This document shows, piece by piece, positions 28,662 through 40,239 of a stretch of DNA of 64,000 nucleotides (its first letter is position 1; every line of letters starts with the position of its first letter). The stretch spans positions 32,001 through 96,000 of the forward strand of contig CAWIEK010000037.1 of assembly GCA_963835065.1 (NCBI GenBank), written 5' to 3'. The translations under genes and the position numbers were made by a program. Below the pieces are notes generated by a model, which made no database searches, was not told the origin of the DNA, and worked only from the letters and a program-made list of their open reading frames with translations. This stretch comes from an uncultured Chthonomonadaceae bacterium (GTDB lineage Bacteria; Armatimonadota; Chthonomonadetes; Chthonomonadales; Chthonomonadaceae).

Positions 28662-30416
28662 ATGAAGAGAATGGCTTGCGCGCTCGCGCTGACTGCGGGC
28701 GTGAGCCTCGGAGCAGGCATGACCGCTACGGCGGCGCTTGCGGAAACGATTGTCACGCCGGCTGCCAGTGGCCTGGCGCTGACCGTCAACACCGTCGGAA
28801 CCCTGCCCTCGGATGCTCCGTTCGCGCTGGACGTGCGGTTCGAGGGCGGCAGCCTGCGGCAGGTGGAACTGCTGATTGATGGCGTGACCGTCAAGAAGAA
28901 GAGCCTTTCCACGCGGGGCAGCCGGGGACATCTGGAATTCCAGATGGAAGCCGGCCTGCTCAGCGAAGGCGCGCACGACATTCTCATCAAAGCACAGGAC
29001 GCGGACGGCAATACGGCCACAGCAACCACGCAGATCAAGATCACGGCGGGCGCGTCGGGAATGGTGAAGTTCCAGTTCCCGAAAAACAAGGCGATGGTGC
29101 AGGGCGTCGTCCCTATCGAAATCAAACTGGACCCGTCCATTCACAATCCCTACGTCAGTTTCTTCATTGACGACGTGTTTCTTTCCCTGACCAACTACGC
29201 GCCCTTCAGCGTGAACTGGGACAGCAGCCGCGTCACCAACGGCCAGCATACGGTGGCCGTAGAAGTGTACGATGGCGATACGCTTGCGAAAGTAAAAGCC
29301 ACGAGCCTGCAAATCACGGTGAACAATCCGGGCGGCTTGACCAATCGCCAGAAAGACACGCCGGATTTGGGTAAGCCGCAGTCTGCCGACCCCTCCCGCG
29401 CGAAAATCAACGGCGTCACGGAAGCCATAGACGCCAGCCGCTACAGCGCCGCTCCTCATTCCAATCTGGCGTTTACCGCGCCCGATTCCATGGTGTCGCG
29501 CCTGATGGCTGCGCCCGCCGATACCACCCTGCTGCGCTCCTCCGAATCCCGCCCAGCGTCCGCGCTGGGAAACCGCCTCAACACCGCGCCCCCGGCCATG
29601 CCGAAAGTGACGCCGCTTACGCCGCAAGGCAAGGCCGACAATCTGCTGCCGATTCCTGCTATGCCGGGTGAAACCTCCGTCGCAAAGCCGAACGCGCTTG
29701 CCAACATTGACCGCAGTGATGCCAGAGCCGACAATGCCCGCGTCAAAGTGAACAAGCCCGGCCTGATGGGAATGGTTGCCACGCCGAGCGAGTTTGCGGG
29801 CTTCCGCGCTCCCATGCCCATGACTTCGCGCCTGGCTCCCACCGCCCTGCGCCCGCGTCGCGCCGGCAACATGGCCGCCCGCCCCGCATTCACAATGGAC
29901 AACGCGCCTGCAAGCGCGCCCGCCCTTTTCCCAACGCCCCGCATGGCCGCTGTTCGCCCGCTTGCGCCTGCCGCAGACAAAACTGTTACGCGCATTGCGC
30001 CAATCAAAATCGCGCGCAGCACACCGGCTCTGATCGGACCGGGCGCAATTCGGGGCAAGGGACGCACCATGCAGATCGCGTTCGACAATACGCGCATCGC
30101 CTTCGACGTGCAGCCCCGCGTGGAGCATGGCATGCCGCTTGCGCCGTTCCGCCAGATATTCGAGCATACGGGCGGCACGATCCAGTGGTTCAACCAGTCC
30201 AAAACCCTCCGCGCCTTCAGCAGCACCCGCGAGATCGAGTTCAAAGTGGGCGAGGACAAGGCGAAAGTGAACAACCAGACGGTCAAGATGGAGGCGAAAA
30301 CGTACCTCGAAAAAGGCCGCACGATTGTCCCGCTCTCGTTCGTCCGCGACGCGATGGACGTGAACGTGTCCTATGACGCCACCACCGGCCATCTGCGCAT
30401 CGAAAGCAAGAAGTAA
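28662..30416 (+). CDS. Secreted protein with Ig-like (Big) domains and a C-terminal copper-amine-oxidase-N/stalk domain
   Basis: Signal peptide; WDSSRVTNGQHTV..YD; P.VE.G..LAPFRQIFE..GG.IQW...GRTIVPLSFV. Confidence 0.85.
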   Translation: MKRMACALALTAGVSLGAGMTATAALAETIVTPAASGLALTVNTVGTLPSDAPFALDVRFEGGSLRQVELLIDGVTVKKKSLSTRGSRGHLEFQMEAGLLSEGAHDILIKAQDADGNTATATTQIKITAGASGMVKFQFPKNKAMVQGVVPIEIKLDPSIHNPYVSFFIDDVFLSLTNYAPFSVNWDSSRVTNGQHTVAVEVYDGDTLAKVKATSLQITVNNPGGLTNRQKDTPDLGKPQSADPSRAKINGVTEAIDASRYSAAPHSNLAFTAPDSMVSRLMAAPADTTLLRSSESRPASALGNRLNTAPPAMPKVTPLTPQGKADNLLPIPAMPGETSVAKPNALANIDRSDARADNARVKVNKPGLMGMVATPSEFAGFRAPMPMTSRLAPTALRPRRAGNMAARPAFTMDNAPASAPALFPTPRMAAVRPLAPAADKTVTRIAPIKIARSTPALIGPGAIRGKGRTMQIAFDNTRIAFDVQPRVEHGMPLAPFRQIFEHTGGTIQWFNQSKTLRAFSSTREIEFKVGEDKAKVNNQTVKMEAKTYLEKGRTIVPLSFVRDAMDVNVSYDATTGHLRIESKK

Positions 30417-30443
30417 CCGTTTACAACAGTTACTGCCTCACTT

Positions 30444-30489
30444 CAGCCCCTCTTCTGACCGCGCAACGCAGTCGGAAGAGGGGCTTTTG
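30444..30489 (+). terminator. Intrinsic terminator
   Basis: AGCCCCTCTTCTGAC...GTCGGAAGAGGGGCT followed by TTT. Confidence 0.75.
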
Positions 30490-30700
30490 CCTGGTTTCTT
30501 TATCAAAAAAAATCAGCCTGTTGAATATCTTTACACTACTAACGTATGAAATCTCAAAGGTTAGTGTATAATAAAGACATTCGCGCAGAAGGATTGTGTT
30601 GCCGTAAGCAATGTATGTACATATCCGTACACATTCGTATACGCAAGCCAAGGCGCTAATCGGGATTGCATGACCAGACGGGTTTGGAGGGAGGACCGTT

Positions 30701-31490
30701 TTGCTTAAAACGCTCGAAAAATTTATTCTGGATCTCCTGGCGTTGCTTACTTACATTCTTAACTACTTTCGGGGGCGAAAGCCTCAAGATGCCCCATGCG
30801 GCGCCTGTCCTCCCGCCTTGCGCAAGCCGGACCCGCTTCTCTACTGCCAGTATTATCTGCTAAGTTTGGGTTTTCCCGTGACGTGGGACAATCCCGACAT
30901 CTACGTTTTCGAGGGTAATGTACTCGTTGACCCCCATGATCTCAAGGCCAACACCGCGTACACCATTGTCGCGCGAATCTGGAATAACTCCACGGACATT
31001 CCCGTCGTCAATTTGAAGGTCAACTTTTCCTACCTGTCATTCGGCATAGGCACAATGTCGCACCTTATCGGCGCGAGTACGACTGACTTGAGCGTGAAGG
31101 GCCTGCCCGGCTGCCCGGCCTTCGCGTCTATCCCCTGGACAACGCCCGCGCAAGAGGGACATTACTGCATTCAAGTGCTGCTGGAGCCGCCCGACGACAG
31201 CAACTGGCTGAACAATCTGGGCCAGCGCAATATACAGGTCGCGCAGCCGCAAAGTCCCGCAGTGCAACGAGCGCGATGCAAAAGTTCCCGGTCCCGGACA
31301 AAGTGAGCAAAACTGGCCGGTTCACCGTCGAATGCGTACTATCCCGCCGAGACAGCTCGCTCCCGGCGAGGAGAAGCAGGTTCAGGCGGAAATCACGCCG
31401 CCCTCCTGGTTCTCCGGGAAGATGCCGATTAACATCACCGCCTGGGATGCACACGGGCCGATTGGCGGCGTGACGCTGACTGTCGAAGTA
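30701..31490 (+). CDS. Hypothetical protein with a CARDB/Ig-like segment; 3' part frameshifted or degraded
   Basis: TWDNPDI, WTTP..GHYCIQV...D.N..NNLGQRN motif; SD GGAGGG. Confidence 0.55.
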
Positions 31491-31497
31491 CTTTAAG

Positions 31498-32680
31498 ATG
31501 CCAACCTGGTTTCCTTCTTACACGCAAAGGAACCGAGCGGCTGGTACAAGGTTCCTGTAGTGGCTGTCGTCGCTATCGGCATTGTCGGCGCGGCGTCCTT
31601 CGCAGTTCTCGCCGTTGCCGGGGGCTGGCTCTCAGCCGCAGCGGTATTTCTCGCTGATGCCTGTCTCGGCGGGATTCTGTTTTGCACGTGGCTGAACGTT
31701 CGGCTGATCTGTCTTGGTGACGAGCGTGACGGCGCTGATATACAATTTGGAACCGCCGGACCCTGGTTTCAACGCCTTTCATGTCACCAAATATGACACC
31801 GATTACAGCTTCAATCTGCTGCTCTGCCCGTTTGTTCCGCGCGAAATTGAATTGCCGAGCAATGGTCGCCTGAGCGCGACGTTCTCAACTTGTCACCGAT
31901 TGGCCTACGCTATTTCCCTCCATTGCTTTTTCTGATGTAGCGACACAGGTCGCGCTGATCCTGCCTCAACAGACAATGGCAAGTCTCAGCCTTAGATTTG
32001 TCGGCATAAATGCCGAAGATGCCGATAAGCCTGTTCCTCAACCTAAGGATCGTTCTATCGAGCATCTGTTGCTGCACTGCGAGATCGAGGGACCGGGAAT
32101 ATACGACTTTCGAATTCTGTTGTATGTGCTGTTTGGAGTGTTTCTCGCCGCCGCCATTCTGAGCGCGATTCCCATTATCGGGCCTATTCTGTCCTGGATT
32201 CTTTCAATATTGGCGTTTCTGGCCTTTCTAATTGGCGGAGCCGCCATCCAGCATGCCGACGCAAGCCCGCCTGCCGGCGGGGGATGGGGCGGTTCGTTTA
32301 ATGCTTACGAAAATGCCGGCAGCCCCGACAGCCCGGTTGACATTGGATACGTTTTTGGCCGATGGGTTTACAACTCGCTCCATGATGGCTGGAATGAACT
32401 TCATCCCCTCCATTTCATGATGAAAATCGGTCAAACCACGAAAGGCGGCGCATAGCGGCGACGAACGGGAGGGAATCTGCAAAACGGGAATTGGGGCGTG
32501 GATGGCGGCGACCCGCTGACGATAAAAGGAAGGCTTGACGCGCAATTCAGCGTCATTAATTCGCCCGCCACCCGGCAAGCCCAATCGGAGCCTGAAAACC
32601 AATGGTCCTTACACCCGTTGTTGGATGGCTGTCAGGGACTTACGCCAGTTCCCACGCCGTCCGCGCCGATTGGCTAGGAG
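31498..32680 (+). pseudogene. Fragmented hypothetical membrane protein
   Basis: Successive coding-like fragments (WLNVRLICLG, DTDYSFNLL, LHCEIEG, GRWVY...GWNELHP, W.LHPLLDGC) in shifting frames. Confidence 0.45.
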
Positions 32681-32985
32681 CGCATTGCCAGTTCGCGCCG
32701 CAGGGAGGAACGGATCATTCTTTCATTGGAGAGCAGATGCCTCCCACAGAATGACTTCGGCGTTTTGCTTTCGGAAGCAGGAAGCGTTCGAGCTTCCACC
32801 CTAACCTCTGTGGCAGGCCCGGTTCAGCAGGCTGGAAGCGCCGACATGAGATAGTTGCAACCTGACTTCTTCCCCGTTGGGGATTGAAACTAGAAGGTGG
32901 TTGGAGTTTACTAAGCTCTAGCCACCTTCGACTCGTTCAGGGGTGCGGTTAGACGGTGGTATAATAACCGCAGGAGGGTACGAGT

Positions 32986-33279
32986 ATGGGCATGCAGCCG
33001 TTGATTGTGGAAGGCACATGGCAGGAAGTGGCGAAAATCGGCGTACTGTATGCGGATCGTCGCGTTCGGCTGATTGTCTGGCCGCCGACAGAAGCCTTTT
33101 CGGAGTCGCAAAACAAGCCATTTGAGGCTGCGAGCAACAGCGTGGAAACAGAGCCGCGCTTAATTGATGAGGGAGGCGTTCTGGTACTGGCATCCCTTAA
33201 CGTGCAGGTTAAAGACTGGAATGGACTTGTTGAGCGCGAGAGGAAAGCATATGGTGAGCGGAACAGGAGGTTTGTATGA
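32986..33279 (+). CDS. Hypothetical small protein (antitoxin-like)
   Basis: SD AGGAGG; ATGA overlap with the next gene. Confidence 0.55.
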   Translation: MGMQPLIVEGTWQEVAKIGVLYADRRVRLIVWPPTEAFSESQNKPFEAASNSVETEPRLIDEGGVLVLASLNVQVKDWNGLVERERKAYGERNRRFV

Positions 33280-33518
33280 CACAAATTGCATTGAAAGAAG
33301 CGGAAACACAGTTGACGCAACTGGTACAGGCGGCTCGGCTTGGCGAAGAGATTGTGCTTATGGAGAACGATACGCCGGTAGCCCGTCTGGTATCTATTGC
33401 TGAAGCCGAACCGAAGCCCAGGCCGCGCCCGCAGTTTGGCAGCGGTAAGGGGCGGATCTTGTACATGGCTCCCGATTTCGACGCGCCCCTTGAAGATTTC
33501 AAGGAGTACATGGAATAA
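33276..33518 (+). CDS. Phd/YefM-like antitoxin with DUF2281-type tail; no cognate toxin follows
   Basis: EA..QL..LV..A..GEEIVL....PVARLV; FGSGKG...DFDAPLEDFKEY. Confidence 0.82.
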   Translation: MTQIALKEAETQLTQLVQAARLGEEIVLMENDTPVARLVSIAEAEPKPRPRPQFGSGKGRILYMAPDFDAPLEDFKEYME

Positions 33519-33524
33519 GGCTTC

Positions 33525-34022
33525 TTACTCGCTGTCTGCTTTGTGAACATCGGCGCGGACAAGATCAATCACGACGGCGCTTGCCAGAATGAGAATGTCG
33601 TCTTCACCCGGCGCGACTTCGATGCCGAACGTGTCCCGAATAGCGAACCAGCGTTTGGAAACCGTTGCGACCGGCTGATCGTTGCGGGTGAACGTGTACT
33701 CGTTGTCCAGAAAATTGCCCTGCGCGATCAGATCGTCCGGGCCTTCCACATCCACGAAAAAGCGCTGCCGAAACAGGGTGAAATGCGCTTTCTTCACAAC
33801 CGCCTGCACTTCGCCGTTGCGCCAGATTTCGTATGTCGGCCCCCACGCCAGCAGTTTTTGCTTGATAACCGCCAGTTCGTTCTGCGCCATGTCCCGGATA
33901 ATCAGTTTGTCGCCGATTGTCAGAACCTTGCCGTCCACAATAAACCTGTCATTGCCGTCGTTATCCTGAATGATGAAGTCGTTGCCGATGGAAAAGAACT
34001 TCTCCCGCATCTTGTAAATCAT
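33525..34022 (-). CDS. LURP-one/Tubby-C-like (scramblase-related) protein
   Basis: MREKFFSIGNDF.I, VDGK, VSKRWF.IRDTFGIEV, LILA..VVID. Confidence 0.88.
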   Translation of the reverse strand: MIYKMREKFFSIGNDFIIQDNDGNDRFIVDGKVLTIGDKLIIRDMAQNELAVIKQKLLAWGPTYEIWRNGEVQAVVKKAHFTLFRQRFFVDVEGPDDLIAQGNFLDNEYTFTRNDQPVATVSKRWFAIRDTFGIEVAPGEDDILILASAVVIDLVRADVHKADSE

Positions 34023-34050
34023 GTTATTCTCCCCTTGCCTGCAAGACGCT

Positions 34051-36600
34051 TTATTGCGGGGCGCGTGTTCCCGCCGTGTATAAAGTGAAGTGGCCGCGCC
34101 AGAGCGGGTCATCCTTTTTGATGGTTTTGGTAACGCCGTTCCGCGTTTCCTGAACGATGATAGGGAACGGCTTGTTGGTATAGCACACTTCGGCGAACGT
34201 GAGCGCGGCTTCGGAATTGTCAATCACGAACATCGGGGCGCGCTGCGTATCGCCGACGGAGTAGCTGAAGCCGCCCAGCAGTTCGGTCTTGCTGCCGTGT
34301 TTCAAATCCAGCAATGGCCCGCCGCCCTCGGTTTTTAAGCCTAATATCCATGCGGTTCCGCCGTCGTTTTCAATGTGTACGCCGTCGCCTTCCGGGTTGA
34401 ATTGCCGCGCCCATAGATGCTGATTGCGGAAATGGAAGTAGCGCCCGACCACATCCTCAATGTACACGTCTCCCGTTCCCGCCGCCCCCGTTCGGTACGC
34501 TTCCGCGCCCTGAAAGTTGATGGCAAGGCGCTGCATCACTAGCGCGCGCTTGGCGTTATGCTCCAGAAAGAAGTAGGGGCCGGACGAAAAATCCGTGCTG
34601 ATGCCTTCCAGCGAAACAATGGGCGAGGTTCCGTCTTCAAAGCGGAAAACAGGCTGATTTTTGGTTTTCAGCAAGCCTTCGACCATCAGATAAGCGCGGC
34701 AGCCCACAATGCGCCGTACATTGCCGCGAATCGTGATTGTTTTTTCGATGCGGTAGCCGCCGCGTGGCAGGTAAATGGTTGTCGCGCCCAAATCAATCGC
34801 CTTTTGTATCGCGTCGCTGGCGTCCTCGTAACTGTCGGGCGCGATGCCGAACTTGGATGGACCCGACCACTGGCTCAGATCATCCCAGGGCAGGAGGGGC
34901 GTTTCGCGGACGGGCAAATGCAGTCCTTTACCTGGCGTTCCGAACAGGCTGGACGCGGGTTTGGTGGCGAACTGCTCCACAACCGGACCGGCTGGAACGC
35001 GCGTTTGCCCACCCAGGCTGCTGCTTATGGCAGAGCGATAGCCGACCGCGCGCAGGTTGCGTCCGACAAAATCGGAGCGTACATCCACAGCGGGACAATC
35101 GGCGGCAGCGCCTGTAACGCTGAAATCGCAATCCAGCATTGTTGTGAAGCCGCCGCCCGCGTAAAAAGCAGGCACGGCATTGCTGCTGCGCAAATCGCGG
35201 ACGGTGCAGGGCTGGCCGTCGTTGCGAAAACCGAATTTGTTCTGGTTCAGGACGTTGACGTGTTCCAGTGTTTCGCTGGCAACGCTCGTAGCGACCCGGA
35301 TACCGATGTCGAAGCCCACAACGGTAACGCGCTTGATAAGACACGGGCCTTGTTCGTCCGTATAGCCCATGTCCAGGCCGACAACGCCCTGCCCATCCCC
35401 CGAAACCAGATCAACATCCCACATTCCGCCCTGATTGTTGGCGATAAACTGCGCCCCACACGCGCCGGGATTGTTCATGCCGGTATCAATCGTCAGGTTG
35501 TGGATTTCGTTGCTGAAACGCTGCGCGGGCGCGTGGCCGGTATAAACAACGCCCTTCGGCTTGCGCGGATTGTCGAAGCCGGGGCAACCGTCCTTCAATT
35601 GAATTACCGTTCCCACTCTGGATTGCCCCTGCAGTACCGTATTGCGCTGCTGGCCCTCGTTGCCGCCCCACCGAAGCGTGTTGGAAACCAGATAAATGCC
35701 GTTCGGCAGATAGATAATGGCGTTGCGCTCCGGGTAATCGTCGAACGCTTTTTGAATGGAAGCGGTATCATCCGTTACGCCGTCACCCTTAGCATTATAA
35801 GGCGGTTTGGACACATCAATAATCCCGGCATCCGCCGGATAAATAATGTTTTCCTGCTGCGGCAAGCGCGCGCCGAGCGCCAGATGCGGATGTGTCGGGC
35901 GCGGGTATTTGGGTTTCCATACAACGGGTTGGGGAACCGCCGCCTTCACATCGGCGTTGGAAAAGCGGACTTCCGACAGCCCCGACATTTCGCCGTTGCG
36001 GTAATTGCTTTTAATCTGCCACTTAAACCACCGCGCTTTCACGATCTTGCCAAAGGCAACCGCTTCGCCGCGCTCGTCCTCCATGCCCGACGCCATGCGC
36101 AGCGTAAACGTTCCCACCGGCTTGAAAGTCTTGTTGTCCAAAGACGCGGAAATCTCCACTTCGCGTACACTGCGCGTATTCCACCCTCCCGCCTCATTGT
36201 AGTTCCACACGTACACGCCGTTGACGTTGAAATCTTTGCCCAGATCGAACAGCAGCCAGGAATTCGCGTCGCCGTTCCACATGCAGTTGCCGTCCGCGCC
36301 GACGTTGTTGGTATGAACGTACACGCCGCTCCCCGGTTTGGCTTCGCCCCATCCGCTGCCGTCAATGAGTTTGTTGGGCGTCCGTCCCGCGAACGCCTGC
36401 GAACTGGAAGCGCGGGCGTCGGTGGGCGTGAGGAAAGCGCCGAGGGTTTGGGTTGGGGGAGAGGTGTTGGGGGAGGGGTGTTGGGTATTGGGCAAAGGCG
36501 GCGCGGCAGTTTGGGAATGGGCGGCATGGGTGAGCCAGGCGGCGGGCAGCAGGCACAGGCACAACAGGCGGAAAAGGAATGGTTTGTAATGGGCAGACAT
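34051..36600 (-). CDS. Secreted glycoside hydrolase-like beta-helix protein (pectate_lyase_3 repeats) with an N-terminal discoidin-like domain
   Basis: YNAKGDGVTDDTASIQKA, IYLPNGIY, second DAIQKAID..IYLPRG.Y; FDLGK...VWNYN...GLSEVRF. Confidence 0.85.
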   Translation of the reverse strand: MSAHYKPFLFRLLCLCLLPAAWLTHAAHSQTAAPPLPNTQHPSPNTSPPTQTLGAFLTPTDARASSSQAFAGRTPNKLIDGSGWGEAKPGSGVYVHTNNVGADGNCMWNGDANSWLLFDLGKDFNVNGVYVWNYNEAGGWNTRSVREVEISASLDNKTFKPVGTFTLRMASGMEDERGEAVAFGKIVKARWFKWQIKSNYRNGEMSGLSEVRFSNADVKAAVPQPVVWKPKYPRPTHPHLALGARLPQQENIIYPADAGIIDVSKPPYNAKGDGVTDDTASIQKAFDDYPERNAIIYLPNGIYLVSNTLRWGGNEGQQRNTVLQGQSRVGTVIQLKDGCPGFDNPRKPKGVVYTGHAPAQRFSNEIHNLTIDTGMNNPGACGAQFIANNQGGMWDVDLVSGDGQGVVGLDMGYTDEQGPCLIKRVTVVGFDIGIRVATSVASETLEHVNVLNQNKFGFRNDGQPCTVRDLRSSNAVPAFYAGGGFTTMLDCDFSVTGAAADCPAVDVRSDFVGRNLRAVGYRSAISSSLGGQTRVPAGPVVEQFATKPASSLFGTPGKGLHLPVRETPLLPWDDLSQWSGPSKFGIAPDSYEDASDAIQKAIDLGATTIYLPRGGYRIEKTITIRGNVRRIVGCRAYLMVEGLLKTKNQPVFRFEDGTSPIVSLEGISTDFSSGPYFFLEHNAKRALVMQRLAINFQGAEAYRTGAAGTGDVYIEDVVGRYFHFRNQHLWARQFNPEGDGVHIENDGGTAWILGLKTEGGGPLLDLKHGSKTELLGGFSYSVGDTQRAPMFVIDNSEAALTFAEVCYTNKPFPIIVQETRNGVTKTIKKDDPLWRGHFTLYTAGTRAPQ

Positions 36601-36781
36601 GGGCGTTCCTGACGACGTGGTTTGTTGCGGCAGGGCAGAAATGGGAAATCCGTTTCCCAACTCGTGCCGAAATCCTGCAAGTGTTGTCACGTTGATTCCG
36701 CAGAATAATCGCATTGTCCTGCATGGAAATGGTACGCCGTGTGCAATTCAAACATAAGGCACTCACATTGGCGCGGGTTTA

Positions 36782-36900
36782 CCGAGGATTGAAAATCCCT
36801 GTCTGGACAAAGCAAGCGTCCTGCGGACGCGGGAATATGGATAGAGAATCGCGTCTGAAAGACGCTTGCACTTTCCTGCCGGGTATTTTCAATACCCGGC
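36782..36900. repeat. Inverted pair of double-hairpin REP-like units; single units at ~40384-40435 and ~44197-44247
   Basis: Consensus GCGTC....GACGCTTG.ACT.TCCTGCCGGG.ATT..CAA..CCCGGC. Confidence 0.8.
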
Positions 36901-37192
36901 ACAGGCAATGCCTTAAATTGGCAATGCGCCCTGGCACACCAACGATACGCGCCTCATTTTATGTCTATACCAACTATTTTTGGCGGCGGAAACGACGCGC
37001 GGCTTGCCTGCGCCAAACAAGAACGCTCGCGCCGACAAGCCCGGCCAACGTCAGGAAGACAACATCGGCGGGAACGGCGACAACGTGAATGTCATAGTCA
37101 ATAAAGCAATCAGCGACGACAGCCCCGTTTGCCTGCCACGCTTGAAATTACGAAACCTGACCATGCGCGTTCCTCCATTCACCTCAATACCC

Positions 37193-37305
37193 GTAGGGGC
37201 GCAATTTATTGCGCCCTCCTCATGCTTGATCACGCCCTCCTCATGCTTGATCACGCCCTCCTCATGCTTGATCACGCCCTCGTCATGCTTGATCACGCCC
37301 TCCTC
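37193..37305 (+). repeat. GTAG-type REP palindrome followed by 4.5 tandem 21-nt units
   Basis: GTAGGGGCGCAATTTATTGCGCCC, then (CGCCCTCCTCATGCTTGATCA) x4 plus a partial unit. Confidence 0.9.
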
Positions 37306-37490
37306 GTAAGTTATCACACTCGCGTCTGCTATTTGGTTCCGGCGAAGCGTCAAAAGGTTCATAGAAAACGAGTTGACGACTATTAAAAAGAATGACGCTG
37401 TAAGAAGGATTGGCGGCAGGAAAGTCGAATTTCATTTTTAACATAGCAACCAACTTTTTCATGCGCTTTTTCCATAGAGGGGCATAGAGG

Positions 37491-40239
37491 ATGGATACAA
37501 AGACGTGTTCAACATTCGGGCGGCTTCGACCTGCGGCGATTTTGCTGTTTCTGCCTGCCGTTCCTCATGTTGGCGGCGTTATCGCGTGACAATGACGGCG
37601 CAGGCGCAAAACGCGGCGACCTTGCAGGCGTTTGAGAAAGAAGCGCACTTGGGCAGCGTGGAAGACGCGGTTGTCGGCGTTACGGTTGTCAATAAAGGCG
37701 CGGATGGCAACGTTCAAGTGCGGCATAGCAGTGGCGTGATGCTGCGCTGCGACGGCTTTGTACTGGCTCCCGAAGCGCTGTTTTATACAGGCAACGGCAA
37801 AAACGACGGCGAGCGCAAGCCCAATCAAAGCGTTACCGTCACGCTGCATCCGGGTACGCCGAAACAACAAACCGTCGTGGGGCGGCGTCCGGGCTGGCTG
37901 GGGTGGGTGGAGTGGGGCAACACGCGCCAGCATTTAGGCTACGCCGTTCTGAAACTGGACAACGTACACTGTCCCGCCCTGCGCGCCCTGACGCCGGACA
38001 CACTCGCGGCAGGCGATAAACTCACCCTTGCGTGGAGCGCATGGGACGAACATCAGCAGAAGTTCCTGCCCGCGCAGACAAAGTCCGTTGCTGTCGGAGA
38101 GCGCAAGCCCCCGGCGAAAGACGATACCACGCCGCTCTTGTACCGCGAACAGTTTACGCCCCTCCATTCCCCACAGGAAGGCGTTACGCCTGGCGCGGTG
38201 TTGCTGACGGAAGAAAACCTGCTCGTGGGCATTGTTCCCGGCAGTACGCCCGCAACTATTACCCAATTCGCCAACTTCGCTTCGCTTGGAAACGCTACCA
38301 ACTGCGTGACTGCGCTGCCAAGGGGGATGTGGCTTTCATCAACCGCAACAAGCCTACTGCTGACACTCCTGCGCTCGTCGGGCGGAGTGTACCGTCAGTG
38401 CCTCAGGTATCTGGTGTGCCTCTGGTGTCTGGCCCGAAGGGCAGTCAGCAGCCGGTGAAAGTGTCTCCTGCGGAAAAACAGCAGCGCGATGTAGCCGCGT
38501 CCGCGCCCGATATGGTAGCCGTTCCCGGTGGCCCCGTGAAACTGCCGTCTGCCCTGCTGAATTTTCAACTGGACATGGAAGCCAGCCAACCGCCTGCCTT
38601 GCGCCGTTCCTCATAGACCGCTTCGAGGTGACGAACGCGCAATACTGGACGTTCTGGCAGTCGCTGCCGGAAAAGACGCGCCATGACCCCAACGTTCGCG
38701 CCGATATGTACCCCTATGGATGGGACAAGGAAGCGGAGCCGTTCCCGAATAGCCTTGCGCAGGTTCCCGTACTTGGGCGTTCGTCTGCCCGGAGCGCGGG
38801 CGTATGCGAAGTGGGCGGGCAAGCGTCTGCCGACGCCGTATGAATGGTGTCTCGCCGCGTTCGGGCCGAGCGGCGGCAACACAATGCCGGAATGGGGCAA
38901 GCGTTTCCTCAAACAGCGCAAGGATGTGTGGAGCGAGATCGTGAAAGCGCATATAGCGTATGCGCGGCAGCATCCCGACATTATCCCAAAGTTTATAGGG
39001 GGACACGTCATCTATAATGGGCAGCTTATAGAACCCTTAGCACCGGGTGCTTTTGATGGACAGCATCCAATCATAAATAACGGCTTAGAGATAATGTCGG
39101 ATGTAACGCATCCAAGTGTCGCCGAGTTTTTTCATTTGCCATGGTTCTTTTACCATGCAGGTTATCAGGAAGCGTCCGCATGGTCGAAGCAAATTGTGGA
39201 AGACCTGACCGAGCCATTGTTTCAGGAATGGGTTGATCCCATGTACGTGCTGCCGGTCGGCTCACGCCCCTATGATGTCAGCCCTTATGGAGCCTTGGAT
39301 ATGCTTACCAATGCTTCGGAACTCGTCGCGCCCGGTCCCATTTTCCCGTGGAATAGCGCTCCAAATCCGAATGGCCGGTGCGCGAAGCAGACCGCTACAT
39401 AGATGTAAAATGGGGCATTTTCGATCCTTCCACTGCGTTGGCAACCGCCCTTCAGTATAGGAATTTAGACCATTCGCCGTTGTACTTTACATTTTATAAG
39501 GATAATAGCGTACTCATGACAACTCCCGAAAACATGATTACGTTATTTCCCTTCTTGGAAAATCCTCTACATTTATGGAGCGGAACGCCGCTCGCGCGGA
39601 GTCCGGGGGATGAGAGAGAGGAAGAGCCGGTAGATACGCCAACGTCCATCTATGATTTTCTCTGGCGGAGTGTGCATTCCAAACTTGCTTATGTTTATAC
39701 GAATTGGCTGCCCAGGTATACGGATCACATGCCGACACGCCGCTTACGATCCGCATCCGAAAACGCGCGTCCCGAACACGCCGGACTTTGTGCCGTCCGA
39801 TCTGGCTTCTTTTGTCAAAGCGCGAGCGGCAATGGATGAGTATGCTGAAATGCTGCGGCCCGCCGATGAGATGATGGTTACGATGCAAGTCGGGCCAACG
39901 TACAACATGGTAAATTATCCATTTACGGGAACGACGCTTCACAACTGGGTGCTTGAGGCGGAGCCTGTGGTTGAGCGACTGGCGAATGGGCGGTTCAAAG
40001 TTACGTACCCGTATCCTCCGACGTGGGTAGACAAATCCATCTTTATGGACGGCACATGGATTACCCATGCCGGCGCATTTCCCTTATGGAACGAAAAGCC
40101 ACGCCACTATCATCAGGAAATGGGTCATGCCGTCGCCGAAGATCACAACCGCCCATATCGCAGCGTGAACCCCCCGAAGGAAAGCAAACTTGCTCCCGAC
40201 ACGTTCCTGGTTGCCGGTGGATTTCGCTGCGCGCGCTAA
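37491..40239 (+). CDS. Multi-frameshifted secreted protein: degenerate trypsin-like N-terminus plus FGE-sulfatase (SUMF1) domain
   Basis: IDRFEVTNAQY, AYAKWAGKRLPT..EW, VSPYGALDM..NASE, terminal GFRCAR. Confidence 0.7.

Noticed and set aside
37212..37305. 21-nt repeats as a CRISPR array, or the HEEGVIK repeat ORF (37051..37362) as a gene
   Set aside because: The units are directly adjacent with no spacers and no cas genes are present. The ORF is a by-product of a stop-free 21-mer.
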